Source of the DNA: Bdellovibrionota bacterium
GTDB lineage: Bacteria; Bdellovibrionota_C; UBA2361; JAAYZI01
Reading direction: 5' to 3'
Assembly (NCBI GenBank): GCA_050950765.1
Contig: JBMNIF010000002.1
Location: 96,001-160,000 of the forward strand
Length of the DNA: 64,000 bases
The position numbers and the translations under genes were made by a program. Below, one piece after another: positions 50,064 to 60,499 of this stretch. Every line of letters begins with the position of its first letter. The first letter of the stretch is position 1. The notes below the pieces were generated by a model that did no database searches, had not been told where the DNA came from, and worked only from the letters and a program-made list of their open reading frames with translations.

Positions 50064-51214
50064 TACCAGCTCCCTTTTTCCTTGCTTACTAGGAAATATG
50101 GCACAAGCAGAGAGGCTATAAACGCCTCAAAGACCCCTTTTAGCGGTCTGAGTTGTAATGCTAATATCGTGGAAACCACCGTTATAATTACTAAATACAT
50201 CGGAGGAATCCCCCATTCACAAAACAACAGAAATAAAATCAAAAGCGCCACCAAAATCCCGTACCCCCAAAAGAGGCGTATAACACGACGCATCATTAGG
50301 GAAAGGACGACGCTATTACCACCTTCTGCACAAACGTATCGTAAGAAGAAGCGTAACCACTCCACATTTCCGCGAACTAATCTTAACCTTCGTGCAAATT
50401 CCCGTTTGAGAGGCGGTTGCCGAGTATCATCATAAACTATCAAATTCGCACAATATTTCAATCTAAATTGAGGATTCTGGCACCTAACCGCCATAGGTAA
50501 AACAACATCATCATTCAGCCAGTCTTGATCAGAAAGCAACCTAAACGCCTCTTTTAACACATCTTTTCGATACGCTACGGTGGCACCGTGTGAAGAAACA
50601 GGACCGCCTGCATAATTTTCTAAATTCTTCAGCGACCTTTCTAACTTCCAAGAGATTTTTTCAGCGATTCCAGCATAAGTCTTACAATATGTAGGAAAAA
50701 TTCCTACAAGATCCGGCTCTGCTACGGCGGTTTTTAACAGATTGCTAAGTAGGTCTTCCTGCCAACGCACACCGACATCTGCAAAAACGATCCAATCTGC
50801 CTCTTCTGCCTTTTGCACTAACTCTTTAAGAGTCTTCCATTTTCCATGTCTCGTTTTTAATTCGAGCACTTCAACCTCAAACCCCTTAACAATGGTAAGG
50901 GTATTATCCGTACAATTATCAGTAGCTACACAAACAGAGAATGTAGTGTCTTTAAAAACCGACTTAGCTACTTTAACACTACTAAGGATACTCTCTAACG
51001 TCCCTGCGATACCCTGTTCCTCGTTATGGGCAGGGATTAAAATAGAAACATTACGTAATACAACGTTGCTATTCTTTATTTCTCTATTTTTAATCTCCCC
51101 TTTTTTTATTCTGTAAAGAAACGTCGCTACTAACGGAAAGCAGGCAGTTGAAAGAAAAATAAAAAAAATCCCGTAAAGCAAAAACAGTATGATAAAGAAA
51201 TTTAAGTGCCCCAC
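50063..51214 (-). CDS. GT2 membrane glycosyltransferase
   Basis: LIPAHNEE, DNCTD, FAD, NDD, RRLR. Confidence 0.85.
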   Translation of the reverse strand: MGHLNFFIILFLLYGIFFIFLSTACFPLVATFLYRIKKGEIKNREIKNSNVVLRNVSILIPAHNEEQGIAGTLESILSSVKVAKSVFKDTTFSVCVATDNCTDNTLTIVKGFEVEVLELKTRHGKWKTLKELVQKAEEADWIVFADVGVRWQEDLLSNLLKTAVAEPDLVGIFPTYCKTYAGIAEKISWKLERSLKNLENYAGGPVSSHGATVAYRKDVLKEAFRLLSDQDWLNDDVVLPMAVRCQNPQFRLKYCANLIVYDDTRQPPLKREFARRLRLVRGNVEWLRFFLRYVCAEGGNSVVLSLMMRRVIRLFWGYGILVALLILFLLFCEWGIPPMYLVIITVVSTILALQLRPLKGVFEAFIASLLVPYFLVSKEKGSW

Positions 51215-51494
51215 TTCAACACCACTCCGCTAAAAGACCAAATAAGATCTCTTATTTTTATCTCGTAACATTATTCATAATATATTCGGCTAATAGCACC
51301 ACCTTCGACTCTAAATAAAAAAAATCATTTATAAAACAGGAATTTAAGCCATAGCTATATCCTGCTAATTTTATTGATATTTAAACAAAGAAAAGCAGAA
51401 CACAAATTATCTACTAAAGGAAAAGTGTAAAATATACCGATTTAGCACTCACGGAAGCAACAAAACCTAAATCTTTAGATGGGGGGATGAACTC

Positions 51495-53231
51495 ATGCAA
51501 GAAGTAGTAAAAGAATCGAACTACAAACCACGTCAGGAACATTTTATCGGAAGTGTTTTTCAAGTTGGGCTATCATCAATTCAATTTTCTTTCAGTAGCC
51601 TTTCCAACAGTAATAAAAATTCTGAAAACAGAGAAACTCCTTTGACAATACCGACTGATGTCGGTGTTGGTGATTACGTGGTTATTGCCTGCCTAAACCA
51701 CTCCACTTTGGGCCAGATCACAGATATGCAGATCAAGGCTACCTCCACTTCAAACGGAAAGCAGGCTTTACCTATCGCAACCGTCGAACTTTTTGCGAGT
51801 ATGAGTTACGCCGATGGTATGATATCATCCGGAATTAAGGGATCTCCAAAATTATCCGCTCGTGTTTATGTAGCACCTCCGGAACTAATTCAAAGAATCA
51901 CAACAAGTAACTATCAACGCCCCGATGAGGTACAAGATGTTTTGCTAGAAGTCGGTGCTTTGCCCAACCAAGAAGAGACACCCCTCTTCTTCTCTCCCGA
52001 CAGCCTCTTTGGTCGTCATCTCGCCATCGTCGGCACCACAGGTTCCGGTAAAAGCTGGTCCATTGCACGTATTCTGCAAGAAACAGCGAAATTTAACTCT
52101 AAAGTTATTCTGTTTGATGCTAGTGGAGAGTTTTCAGATATGCCTAAAGGAACGATCCACGTCTCAATCGGTTTAGATCCAGATCCACCGAAACACGTCT
52201 ATCAGGTCTCCGTCCCCTATACAGAACTACGCGAAAGTGACCTTTTTGCGATATTTAAACCTACCGGACGAAGTCAATTTCCGAAGTTAAGACAAGCTAT
52301 AAAAAGTTTAAAGTTGGCAAAGCTTGCACCACACATCGCCATCGATGGTCTCATTATAAAAGCACACCGCACAAAACTTGATTACGAAGAGGAGTACCGT
52401 CGCTTTGCTGCTGAACTTGAATCACCTACGGCTAATTTTAACATTCACTGTTTGTCAGAGCAGATTGAAAATGAATGTGTCAATCCGCAACGGAGTCAGT
52501 TGGAAACAGGTACTTGGGGAGGACCCAACAGCGAAGATTTCTCCGATTGTGTACCACTCATCAACCGCATTAACGATATTATACACTCTCCCAACCTATC
52601 CCCCATCTTTAATCCAGGTAAGAAACATTCCCTCTTCACAGTCATCAAGCACTTTTTAACTGATGATTCTCAACGTATTTTACGAATCTCCCTGCAATAC
52701 CTCTCTTTTGATCATAATGCACGTGAGATTATCGCTAATGCTATCGGAAGACACCTTTTGGAGATCGCTCGTAGCGGTTTCTTTAGGCAGCAACCTTTAC
52801 TCGTTGTAGTTGATGAAGCACATCAATTCTTAAATGATAATATCTTAACGGGTGGACATTTCCCCCTTGATTCATTCGGTTTTATTGCAAAAGAAGGGCG
52901 TAAATACGCTATCAATATCTGCTTAGCAACTCAACGTCCTCGCGATATTCCAGAAGGGGTAATAAGTCAGATGGGCACCTTAATAGTCCATAGACTAATC
53001 AATGACCACGATAGACAACTGATAGAACGCGCCTCTGCTTCTATGGATCACAACACGGCAGAGAGTATCCCTGTGCTCGCTCCAGGTGATGCTATTATTC
53101 TAGGTGTTAACTTCCCCATCCCACTTTTAATGAAGATTACACCACCACAAAATAGACCAAACTCCAGAGGCCCTGAATATCAAAAGTTCTGGAGAAAAAC
53201 TAAACCCGAAGTAAAAACAGAGTTGGAGTAG
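51495..53231 (+). CDS. HerA/DUF87-family ATPase with N-terminal HAS-barrel
   Basis: HLAIVGTTGSGKS, FDASGEF, VVDEAH, KEGRKY, ATQRP, HRLIN. Confidence 0.85.
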   Translation: MQEVVKESNYKPRQEHFIGSVFQVGLSSIQFSFSSLSNSNKNSENRETPLTIPTDVGVGDYVVIACLNHSTLGQITDMQIKATSTSNGKQALPIATVELFASMSYADGMISSGIKGSPKLSARVYVAPPELIQRITTSNYQRPDEVQDVLLEVGALPNQEETPLFFSPDSLFGRHLAIVGTTGSGKSWSIARILQETAKFNSKVILFDASGEFSDMPKGTIHVSIGLDPDPPKHVYQVSVPYTELRESDLFAIFKPTGRSQFPKLRQAIKSLKLAKLAPHIAIDGLIIKAHRTKLDYEEEYRRFAAELESPTANFNIHCLSEQIENECVNPQRSQLETGTWGGPNSEDFSDCVPLINRINDIIHSPNLSPIFNPGKKHSLFTVIKHFLTDDSQRILRISLQYLSFDHNAREIIANAIGRHLLEIARSGFFRQQPLLVVVDEAHQFLNDNILTGGHFPLDSFGFIAKEGRKYAINICLATQRPRDIPEGVISQMGTLIVHRLINDHDRQLIERASASMDHNTAESIPVLAPGDAIILGVNFPIPLLMKITPPQNRPNSRGPEYQKFWRKTKPEVKTELE

Positions 53232-53234
53232 CCT

Positions 53235-53770
53235 GCTTTTTTACCTCCGTAAAGATCTAGCTAGTTTTGTCTTCAGTTACAGCCCGTCCTAGCGGCACTG
53301 GTGGGTGGCACCAAATTCGCCAAACCGTCAAAGCGGCAAAAAAGAAGGGTGGCACCAAATTCGCCAAATGCCAAGCTTTTGCTAACATCTTAATATTATT
53401 GACTATTGTAAATTTAGAGTCTTGTAGCACTGAAGGGTGGCACCAGCGTCTAGCAATTAGGACACCCCCCTTTAACTGAAGGGTGGCACCAAATTCATCC
53501 AGTCGCCCAAGCCGTCAAAGCGGCAAAAAAGAAGGGTGGCACCAAATTCGCCAAATGCTAAACTTTTGCTAACATCTTGATATTATTGACTATCCTAATT
53601 TTAGAGTCTTGTAGCACTGAAGGGTGGCACCAAATTCGCCAAATTCGCCAAATCCAAAATCTGCCCAAACTGGTGGGTGGCACCAATTTTTTAACCTCCG
53701 TAAAGATCTAGCTGGCTCTGTCTTCAGTCGCAGCCCGCTCAACCGTTACTGGTGGGTGGCGCCAGAACTG
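53235..53770. repeat. Second GGTGCCACCC mosaic repeat cluster (inverted relative to 1-1160)
   Basis: GGGTGGCACC at 53303, 53347, 53435, 53481, 53534, 53622 and 53675, variant at 53754; shares modules such as ccgtcaaagcggcaaaaaagaa and ttttaacctccgt with the first locus. Confidence 0.9.
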
Positions 53771-56700
53771 CCACTTTTTTTACCTTTCAACTTTTCAATA
53801 ATATAAAAAGAGCACGGGATAACAAAGATAGCGATAAATGATGCTGCTAACATACCTGCAATAACCGTAGTTCCCAAGATCTGCCTTGAAATAGCACCCG
53901 CTCCAGAAGCTATCGCTAGCGGTACACACCCCAATATAAAAGCAAAAGATGTCATTAGAATAGGTCTTAAGCGTAACGATGCTGCTGTTAAGGCTGCATC
54001 CAAAATTGATTTACCGGATTCCTTCTCTGCTTTGGCATATTCAACGATCAAAATGGCGTTCTTAGCAGCTAAACCGATTAAAACCACCATCCCGATCTGA
54101 GCATAAAGATTATTTTCCATTGCACGCAACCACAAGCCGAAGAACGCTCCGAAGATCGCAATAGGGATCCCTAACAAAACGCTAAACGGCAGAGACCAAC
54201 TTTCATACAAAGCCGCTAGTAGTAGAAAAACAAAGAAGAATGAGAAGGCGTAAATCATCACAGGTGAAATACCTTCTTGAGCTTCTTTTTCCTGGAATGA
54301 CATACCTGAATAATCAAAACCCATTCCATCATTAGGATCTATTGCCTCTTTAAAAACCTCCTCAAGCGCTTGCATAACTTGAGTTGAAGTATATCCCGCA
54401 TTCGGCATAGCATTAATTTGCGCGCTTCTGTAAAGATTGTGTCTTAATGTAAACTCAGGTCCATACTTCATTTCAGATTTACTAATAGCAGAGAGTGGCA
54501 CCGCCTCGCCCGCACCATTACGCACATAAAAGTGGTTAAGGTGTTTTATATCAGTACGGTACTCACCTGCCGCTTGCAGATAAACCTGCCACTGTCGACC
54601 GAACTCATTATAATAGTTAATCATTGAACCGCCCATAAAGACCTGCAACGTTTGATAGACCTGCGTTAGATCTATCCCCTGTTTAAGGACTTTATCTCTA
54701 TCAATAGTTGTAAAGATCTGCGGAACTTTGGCAGCTAACGTTGTGCTGATATGTTTAATTTCCGGACGTTTTTCAGCAGCTGCTAAAAACTTAGCCGTCC
54801 TATCAGCAAGAAAGTCTATATCTTTACCGGCGCGGTCTTCTAACAACATAGTAACACCACTGGAAGAACCGATCCCTGGGATAGCAGGTGGCGAAAACGC
54901 CAGCGCACTGCTTAGATGCCACTTTTTCTGAAATTTCAACAAGCCGCTATTAACCGTTTTAAGGATAGCATTATATTTTTCCTCACGATCCTTGCGCTCC
55001 CCCCATTCTTTCAGAGATATAAAATAAAATCCGGCGTATGTACTACTAACGCCACTAAGCATGCTGAAACCTCTAACGGCAGTGACATACTCAACACCTG
55101 GAACATTAACCAAAAACTCTTCAACCTCTTTTGAAACCTCTTCCGTCCTCTGTAATGATGATGCTGGTGGTAGCATCATATTAACAAAGAAATAACCTTG
55201 ATCTTCTTCAGGTAAAAATCCAGGAGATAAACGAGAATTTAAAAATCCAGCACCACCCCCTAATAATGCTATCAATAAGAGCGCCAGAACACTCCTTCTA
55301 ATCAAGATATGACAAACATTAACGTAGCCGTTTGTCACCACACCAAAACACCTATTAAACCAAGCAAAAAACTTCGCTAACACCCCGTGATCTTCTTTTT
55401 TAGGACGAAGTAGGAGCACTGCTAAAGCGGGGCTAAGTGTCAACGCATTAAAAGCAGACAAGAGGGTGGAAACAGAGATCGTCACAGCAAATTGCTGATA
55501 AAGCCTTCCTGTAATGCCTGGAATAAAAATAGTTGGAACAAATACAGATACAAGAATCAAAGCGATAGCGACAACTGGCCCTGAAACCGCATTCATCGCT
55601 TTAAGAGTCGCATCCTTAGGCGAAAGCCCTTCTTCGATATTCTTCTCAACAGCTTCAACCACCACAATAGCATCATCAACAACAATACCGATGGCTAACA
55701 CCAACCCAAAAAGAGAGAGGGTATTTACTGAAAATCCAAACAATGGAAACACAGCAAAGGTACCAATTAACGAGACGGGCACCGCTAGCAACGGAATCAG
55801 TGTAGCTCTAAAACTTTGCAGAAAGATAAATACCACAAAGATGACCAAGAGGATCGCTTCAAAGAGGGTGGTCTTTATCTCTTTTAAACCTTCAGTAATT
55901 GCTAAGGTCGTATCAAGTGGAATGTAATATTTAACGCCATCAGGAAATTTGTAATTTTTAAGAAACTCTCTGATCTTTTTTGCAGATTCTACCGCATTAG
56001 TTCCAGGGAGTTGATAGAGAGCAATAGTTGCTGCCGTCTCTCCATTTAGATTGCTTGAGATATTATACGCTTGAGCACCACGCTCTATGGATGCCACATC
56101 TTTAAGCCGTACAACGGAACCGTCCTCTTTGGCTCTGATAATAATATCCTCAAACTCTGCACTACTAACTAAACGCCCCTGTGTGCGTAACGTATAAGTA
56201 TTCTGCTGTCCTTCAGGAACAGGTTCCGCACCAACCGACCCAACAGGATTAACTTTATTTTGAGATTTTACCGCCGACATCACTTCAGAAACAGTTATAT
56301 TATAACGTGCCAAATCATTCGGTCTTAACCAGATACGCATGGCGTATTGCCCTGCTCCGAAAACAGAGATCTGCCCTACCCCAGGTATACGTAACAAGGC
56401 ATCGTTTAAGAAAATAAAGGCGTGGTTGGCTAAAAAATTACTATCAATCTGCTTATTATTTTTATCGGCAGACACTAATGAAATAAGCATCAACGGCGAT
56501 GAGGTCGACTTAACTACTGAGACACCGTAATTCGTAACGTCTGACGGCAACATTGAAGTAGCTTGTCCTTGTCGCATCTGAGTAAGAAGCTGGTCAGTAT
56601 TAGGATCACTCCCGATAGCAAAATTAACCTTCATGCTCATTCTGCCATCATTTGAATTTAACGATTCCACATAATTCATGTGGTCAACACCACTAATCTG

Positions 56701-56901
56701 CTGCTCAATCGGAGTTGCAACAGATTGCTCAACCGTTAAAGCATCAGCTCCAACGTAAAATGTTGAAACATTAATCTCCGGCGGCACAATATCAGGATAC
56801 TGCGCAACAGGCAGCTGCACATAAGAAACAATACCCGCTAGAACCACGATAATTGAAATAACCATGGCGACGATCGGGCGATTGATAAAAAATTTAGACA
56901 T
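53746..56901 (-). CDS. RND efflux permease (HAE1/AcrB-like)
   Basis: [44 protein letters not shown]. Confidence 0.95.
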   Translation of the reverse strand: MSKFFINRPIVAMVISIIVVLAGIVSYVQLPVAQYPDIVPPEINVSTFYVGADALTVEQSVATPIEQQISGVDHMNYVESLNSNDGRMSMKVNFAIGSDPNTDQLLTQMRQGQATSMLPSDVTNYGVSVVKSTSSPLMLISLVSADKNNKQIDSNFLANHAFIFLNDALLRIPGVGQISVFGAGQYAMRIWLRPNDLARYNITVSEVMSAVKSQNKVNPVGSVGAEPVPEGQQNTYTLRTQGRLVSSAEFEDIIIRAKEDGSVVRLKDVASIERGAQAYNISSNLNGETAATIALYQLPGTNAVESAKKIREFLKNYKFPDGVKYYIPLDTTLAITEGLKEIKTTLFEAILLVIFVVFIFLQSFRATLIPLLAVPVSLIGTFAVFPLFGFSVNTLSLFGLVLAIGIVVDDAIVVVEAVEKNIEEGLSPKDATLKAMNAVSGPVVAIALILVSVFVPTIFIPGITGRLYQQFAVTISVSTLLSAFNALTLSPALAVLLLRPKKEDHGVLAKFFAWFNRCFGVVTNGYVNVCHILIRRSVLALLLIALLGGGAGFLNSRLSPGFLPEEDQGYFFVNMMLPPASSLQRTEEVSKEVEEFLVNVPGVEYVTAVRGFSMLSGVSSTYAGFYFISLKEWGERKDREEKYNAILKTVNSGLLKFQKKWHLSSALAFSPPAIPGIGSSSGVTMLLEDRAGKDIDFLADRTAKFLAAAEKRPEIKHISTTLAAKVPQIFTTIDRDKVLKQGIDLTQVYQTLQVFMGGSMINYYNEFGRQWQVYLQAAGEYRTDIKHLNHFYVRNGAGEAVPLSAISKSEMKYGPEFTLRHNLYRSAQINAMPNAGYTSTQVMQALEEVFKEAIDPNDGMGFDYSGMSFQEKEAQEGISPVMIYAFSFFFVFLLLAALYESWSLPFSVLLGIPIAIFGAFFGLWLRAMENNLYAQIGMVVLIGLAAKNAILIVEYAKAEKESGKSILDAALTAASLRLRPILMTSFAFILGCVPLAIASGAGAISRQILGTTVIAGMLAASFIAIFVIPCSFYIIEKLKGKKSGSSGATHQ

Positions 56902-56934
56902 ACCTTAATTCCACGCTAACTAAATCTAAAAATT

Positions 56935-57050
56935 TTTTTCCTCTACTACTACTAAAAACAGATCGGTAAAAAACCTCCTTTCCTCTATTACTGTTAAAAA
57001 TTAAACGACAAAAAACTCTCTTTTCCCTCTACTACTGTTAAAAACAGAGT
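56935..57050. repeat. Short tandem repeat, period 42-44 bp, between the RND genes
   Basis: cctcta(c/t)tact...taaaaa at 56940, 56982 and 57026. Confidence 0.65.
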
Positions 57051-57072
57051 GATTAAAAAAGAGGCGCTGCTT

Positions 57073-58221
57073 CTATTGTGCCTTAGCACCTTCGGTATCT
57101 TCTACAACCTCCACCTTCATACCGGCTGCAATATTTCTAACACCGTCAACAATTACCCTATCCTCCGGCTGCAACCCCTCTTTTATGATCTGCATATCTT
57201 CAAAGGTATCCCCCTTTACCACCGTTTTTACAGAAACTGTGCCATCAGATTCGACCACAGGAATTTGAAAGATCCCTTGCACCTCTGAGATAACTTTTTT
57301 TGGAACGAGCATGGAGTTCTTCTCAGTTTTCACAACGGCGTGCACCCGTGCATACATTCCAGGACGCAATATATGATCCTTATTGGGGAAAAGTGCCGCT
57401 ACCTTCAACGTGCCTGTATTAGGATCGATCTGTCTATCTGCGAAAGCGAATAAACCTGTTTCGGGATACTCAACATCTCCTGCCAAGATAAGTTTTAACT
57501 TAATCCTTTCTTTATTAGGTTTCCCCGTAGCAGCCTCTTTATCCAAAACTGTTTTAAGGTATTGCTGTTCAGTAATAGGAATATAAACCCTGACCGGATC
57601 CATCGAAGAGACAGTTGTTAATTCTGCACTAGCGATACTTCCAACCAGATCTCCGATCTGTGCCTTTGCAACTCCCGCTAAACCATCAATGGGCGCGACA
57701 ACTTTAGTAAAATCTAGATTAAGTTGTGCTGCATCAACAGCTGCCTTAGCCGCTGTTACCTGTGCTGAGCTACTCTGCTCTGCTCCTTTAGCATTATCAA
57801 GATCCCTTTTACTAACGGCGTTAATTTCAGCTAAGGGAGTGATCTTTTCCAGATCAGCTTTAGCAGCCATCCAAACAGCTTCTGCTTTTTTATACTCGCT
57901 TTGCGCTTTTTCAAGAGCAGCTTGAAAAGGACGTGGATCAATCTCAAAGAGCACCTCCCCTTTTTTTACGAAGCTGCCCTCCTTATAATTTTGCTTAATC
58001 AGATACCCCTCAACCTGCGCTCGAATCGTGGCGTTAGTATTACCCTCAATAGTTGCCATCCACTCCGCCTCAATCGGCACATCTTTAACGATAACTTTTT
58101 GTACTTTTACCTTAGGAAGTTCCAGCGATACCTCTTTATCTTCTGAACACGATACTAAAGAAAATAAGGCAGCACTAAAAAATACCACCTTTACACACCC
58201 TAAGTAACTATCACCCAACAT
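57073..58221 (-). CDS. RND periplasmic adaptor (MFP) lipoprotein
   Basis: Lipobox LVSC, lipoyl GSFVKKGEVLFEID, APIDG, DPNTGT, LRPGMY. Confidence 0.93.
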   Translation of the reverse strand: MLGDSYLGCVKVVFFSAALFSLVSCSEDKEVSLELPKVKVQKVIVKDVPIEAEWMATIEGNTNATIRAQVEGYLIKQNYKEGSFVKKGEVLFEIDPRPFQAALEKAQSEYKKAEAVWMAAKADLEKITPLAEINAVSKRDLDNAKGAEQSSSAQVTAAKAAVDAAQLNLDFTKVVAPIDGLAGVAKAQIGDLVGSIASAELTTVSSMDPVRVYIPITEQQYLKTVLDKEAATGKPNKERIKLKLILAGDVEYPETGLFAFADRQIDPNTGTLKVAALFPNKDHILRPGMYARVHAVVKTEKNSMLVPKKVISEVQGIFQIPVVESDGTVSVKTVVKGDTFEDMQIIKEGLQPEDRVIVDGVRNIAAGMKVEVVEDTEGAKAQ

Positions 58222-58477
58222 AGTTTCCCCCCGATAGATCAAAACAAGGTAGAGATCCTCACAACTTTTGACGGTTTATAACAACATCTCAACTTTCGGG
58301 ATAGTAAAAAAATCGTGTTTCGATGAGAAGTTACAATTGTCGAGGAGGAAAATAGTATATTGCCGAAAGTGGCGCTGCATGCTACTCATGCTGCTAAGCA
58401 GCAAGGTGTTTATCTTATCGAATTTCGTCTATTACTTAGCTTTGCTTTTTCTTTTTTGTTTTTTAAAGAGGTTCATC

Positions 58478-60352
58478 ATGCGTAGTCGTATTTATTTATC
58501 TATCCCAAAGAATCTTTTATTAATCGGCGCTGTCTCTCTTTTTTCACTCTCCTCAGCTAACGCTATTACCCTTGAAAAGTGGGAGACACCTTACAATATA
58601 AACCCACTTGAAATTCAGGATAAGGTTAGCGGTTCCCCCATTGAGAGGCAACAAGGAATCGCAAGTAGTACCTCAATAGGAAACGCCAGACGCACCTATA
58701 TAAAGAAAACAGCAGGTGAAGCTGGCGATTCTTTAAAGGTAAATATCCAACAAGGTCAATTTAGTCACAGTTTAGATTCCAACGTAACAGGTACTTCACA
58801 AACGATCTGGGACGGCACCTCTGCACCAAACGGTACGGTCGTAGACCATACCGGTTTTAATGGAATTGACTTCACTTTAGACGGTGGTAACGCTATTATT
58901 TTAAATATTACGAACACTGATCTTATCCTAAATACTGGTAAAATCGTTTTAAGTGTTTATACCACTACTGGAGATAGGTTTGATTATACCTTTTCTACGG
59001 TTGATGCCCAAAATTATGTTGATAATGATAATAACAATAAAACGTTTTTCTTGACCATACCGTTTACTGAATTCGCGTTAACATCCGGAACAAATGCAAC
59101 AGCAGCTGATTTTAAAAAGGTAGGTGCTATATCTCTTACAGTTGACGGAGAAAGCTCAGATCTTGATGTAACACTTACCTCTTTAACAACTAACGGCAGT
59201 TGCACAAATTTTGTTCCAACAGCGCCGTACGTTATGGGTCACGCTTCAGAAGAGGCAAAAAATAAAGGTGAGGCGATGATCTGTTGCTTAGAAACAGATC
59301 TCGATCAATGTGGTATCTGTGGTGGAGATGACAGCAGTTGTTCAGATTGTCGTGGCATACCGAATGGTGACTGGACACTGGATGCTTGCAGAAAGTGTTT
59401 AGCGCCAGATGATCCAACAAGAGATACTAACTGCACTGATTGTGCTGGGATCCCTAACGGTTTCACGAAAAAAGACCTTTGTGGCGAATGTGAACTTAAT
59501 CCTGATGGCTCCCCCAATCCGAACTATAATACGATGAATTGCTGGACTAAGGATTGCAAAGGAGTACCAGGGGGAGGTGCTTGGATTGATGCCTGCGGAG
59601 TTTGTAACGGAGACGGCTGGTCTTGTAGGGATTGCGCTGGAACGATTGCAGGAACAGCAAAAGTTGATGATTGTGGTGTTTGTGATGGAGGAAATAAGGC
59701 AAAAGATAAGTGCGGTGTCTGTTTCGGTGATAATAAATCTTGTGCAGATTGTGCCGGTCAGCCTTATGGTAAATTTAAATTAGATGATTGCGGTGTCTGC
59801 CTTGACCCGTATTCTCCAGAGTGGAACACGGGAGCAAGCGTTTTTGGTTGTTCAGTTCAAACGAATGCTGCTCAGTTGGATGATGTAGATAAATGGATCA
59901 CTCAACAGAGAAAGCAATTAAGTAAGATGTTAAGAAATAAGAGCGACTGCCGAACGGATAAAAGGAAAAGACGACTTAATTCAAAAGCCCTCTCTGTCTT
60001 AAGGAGTGCTAGAGCAACTATCAAAAATTATCCCATAACTGTTACCTCTTGCTCAAATGCCTCTGATGAGTATTGTGTAACGTCTTCACTGGCGGCAGAT
60101 AATTCCTCACTAACAGATGCCTCAGAAGACCTCTTAAAACAGACCAGAGCAGCTATTAGGGCGAGGAAGAGGTGTATTGCGAATAGTAAAACTCCGTGCG
60201 AAAGAGTGGAGGGTTGTTTAGATCGTTTGAAAAAACGGCTGGCGCTACTAAGGCGTGATAGAAGGGATTCTAGAGAGCTGCGCGACAACTCTTTAGTCAG
60301 TATCAGTAACTTACCTTATGAGAACCACTATTGTTCTTGTATTAAAAAATAA
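58478..60352 (+). CDS. Secreted protein with DxCGVCxGD cysteine-rich repeats
   Basis: ATG 58478 after AAGAGG; signal peptide; beta-rich N-domain; repeated D.CG(V/I)C.G motifs; basic helical C-terminus. Confidence 0.8.
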   Translation: MRSRIYLSIPKNLLLIGAVSLFSLSSANAITLEKWETPYNINPLEIQDKVSGSPIERQQGIASSTSIGNARRTYIKKTAGEAGDSLKVNIQQGQFSHSLDSNVTGTSQTIWDGTSAPNGTVVDHTGFNGIDFTLDGGNAIILNITNTDLILNTGKIVLSVYTTTGDRFDYTFSTVDAQNYVDNDNNNKTFFLTIPFTEFALTSGTNATAADFKKVGAISLTVDGESSDLDVTLTSLTTNGSCTNFVPTAPYVMGHASEEAKNKGEAMICCLETDLDQCGICGGDDSSCSDCRGIPNGDWTLDACRKCLAPDDPTRDTNCTDCAGIPNGFTKKDLCGECELNPDGSPNPNYNTMNCWTKDCKGVPGGGAWIDACGVCNGDGWSCRDCAGTIAGTAKVDDCGVCDGGNKAKDKCGVCFGDNKSCADCAGQPYGKFKLDDCGVCLDPYSPEWNTGASVFGCSVQTNAAQLDDVDKWITQQRKQLSKMLRNKSDCRTDKRKRRLNSKALSVLRSARATIKNYPITVTSCSNASDEYCVTSSLAADNSSLTDASEDLLKQTRAAIRARKRCIANSKTPCERVEGCLDRLKKRLALLRRDRRDSRELRDNSLVSISNLPYENHYCSCIKK

Positions 60353-60379
60353 CTCTTTATTCCTTATAAATATTTTTCT

Positions 60380-60409
60380 AAAGGAGCTTCTTAGGAAGCT
60401 CCTTTTTTT
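60380..60409 (+). terminator. Rho-independent terminator
   Basis: aaaggagcttc-ttag-gaagctccttt followed by a T run. Confidence 0.85.
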
Positions 60410-60499
60410 ACCATTCTTTTACCAATAGTAAGGTGTATAGTTTAAAAACTTAAGAGAGGCTAGTGAGGTAGAGAGCTTCTTTTAGCAACTTATATTATT

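Noticed and set aside
53267..53806. Small ORFs of 70 and 60 aa
   Set aside because: Translations of the mosaic repeat (recurrent GWHQ/GGTK); no RBS or protein features.
58268..58477. N-terminal 70-aa extension of the Cys-rich protein
   Set aside because: RBS and signal peptide point to ATG 58478; the upstream part is a divergent promoter region.
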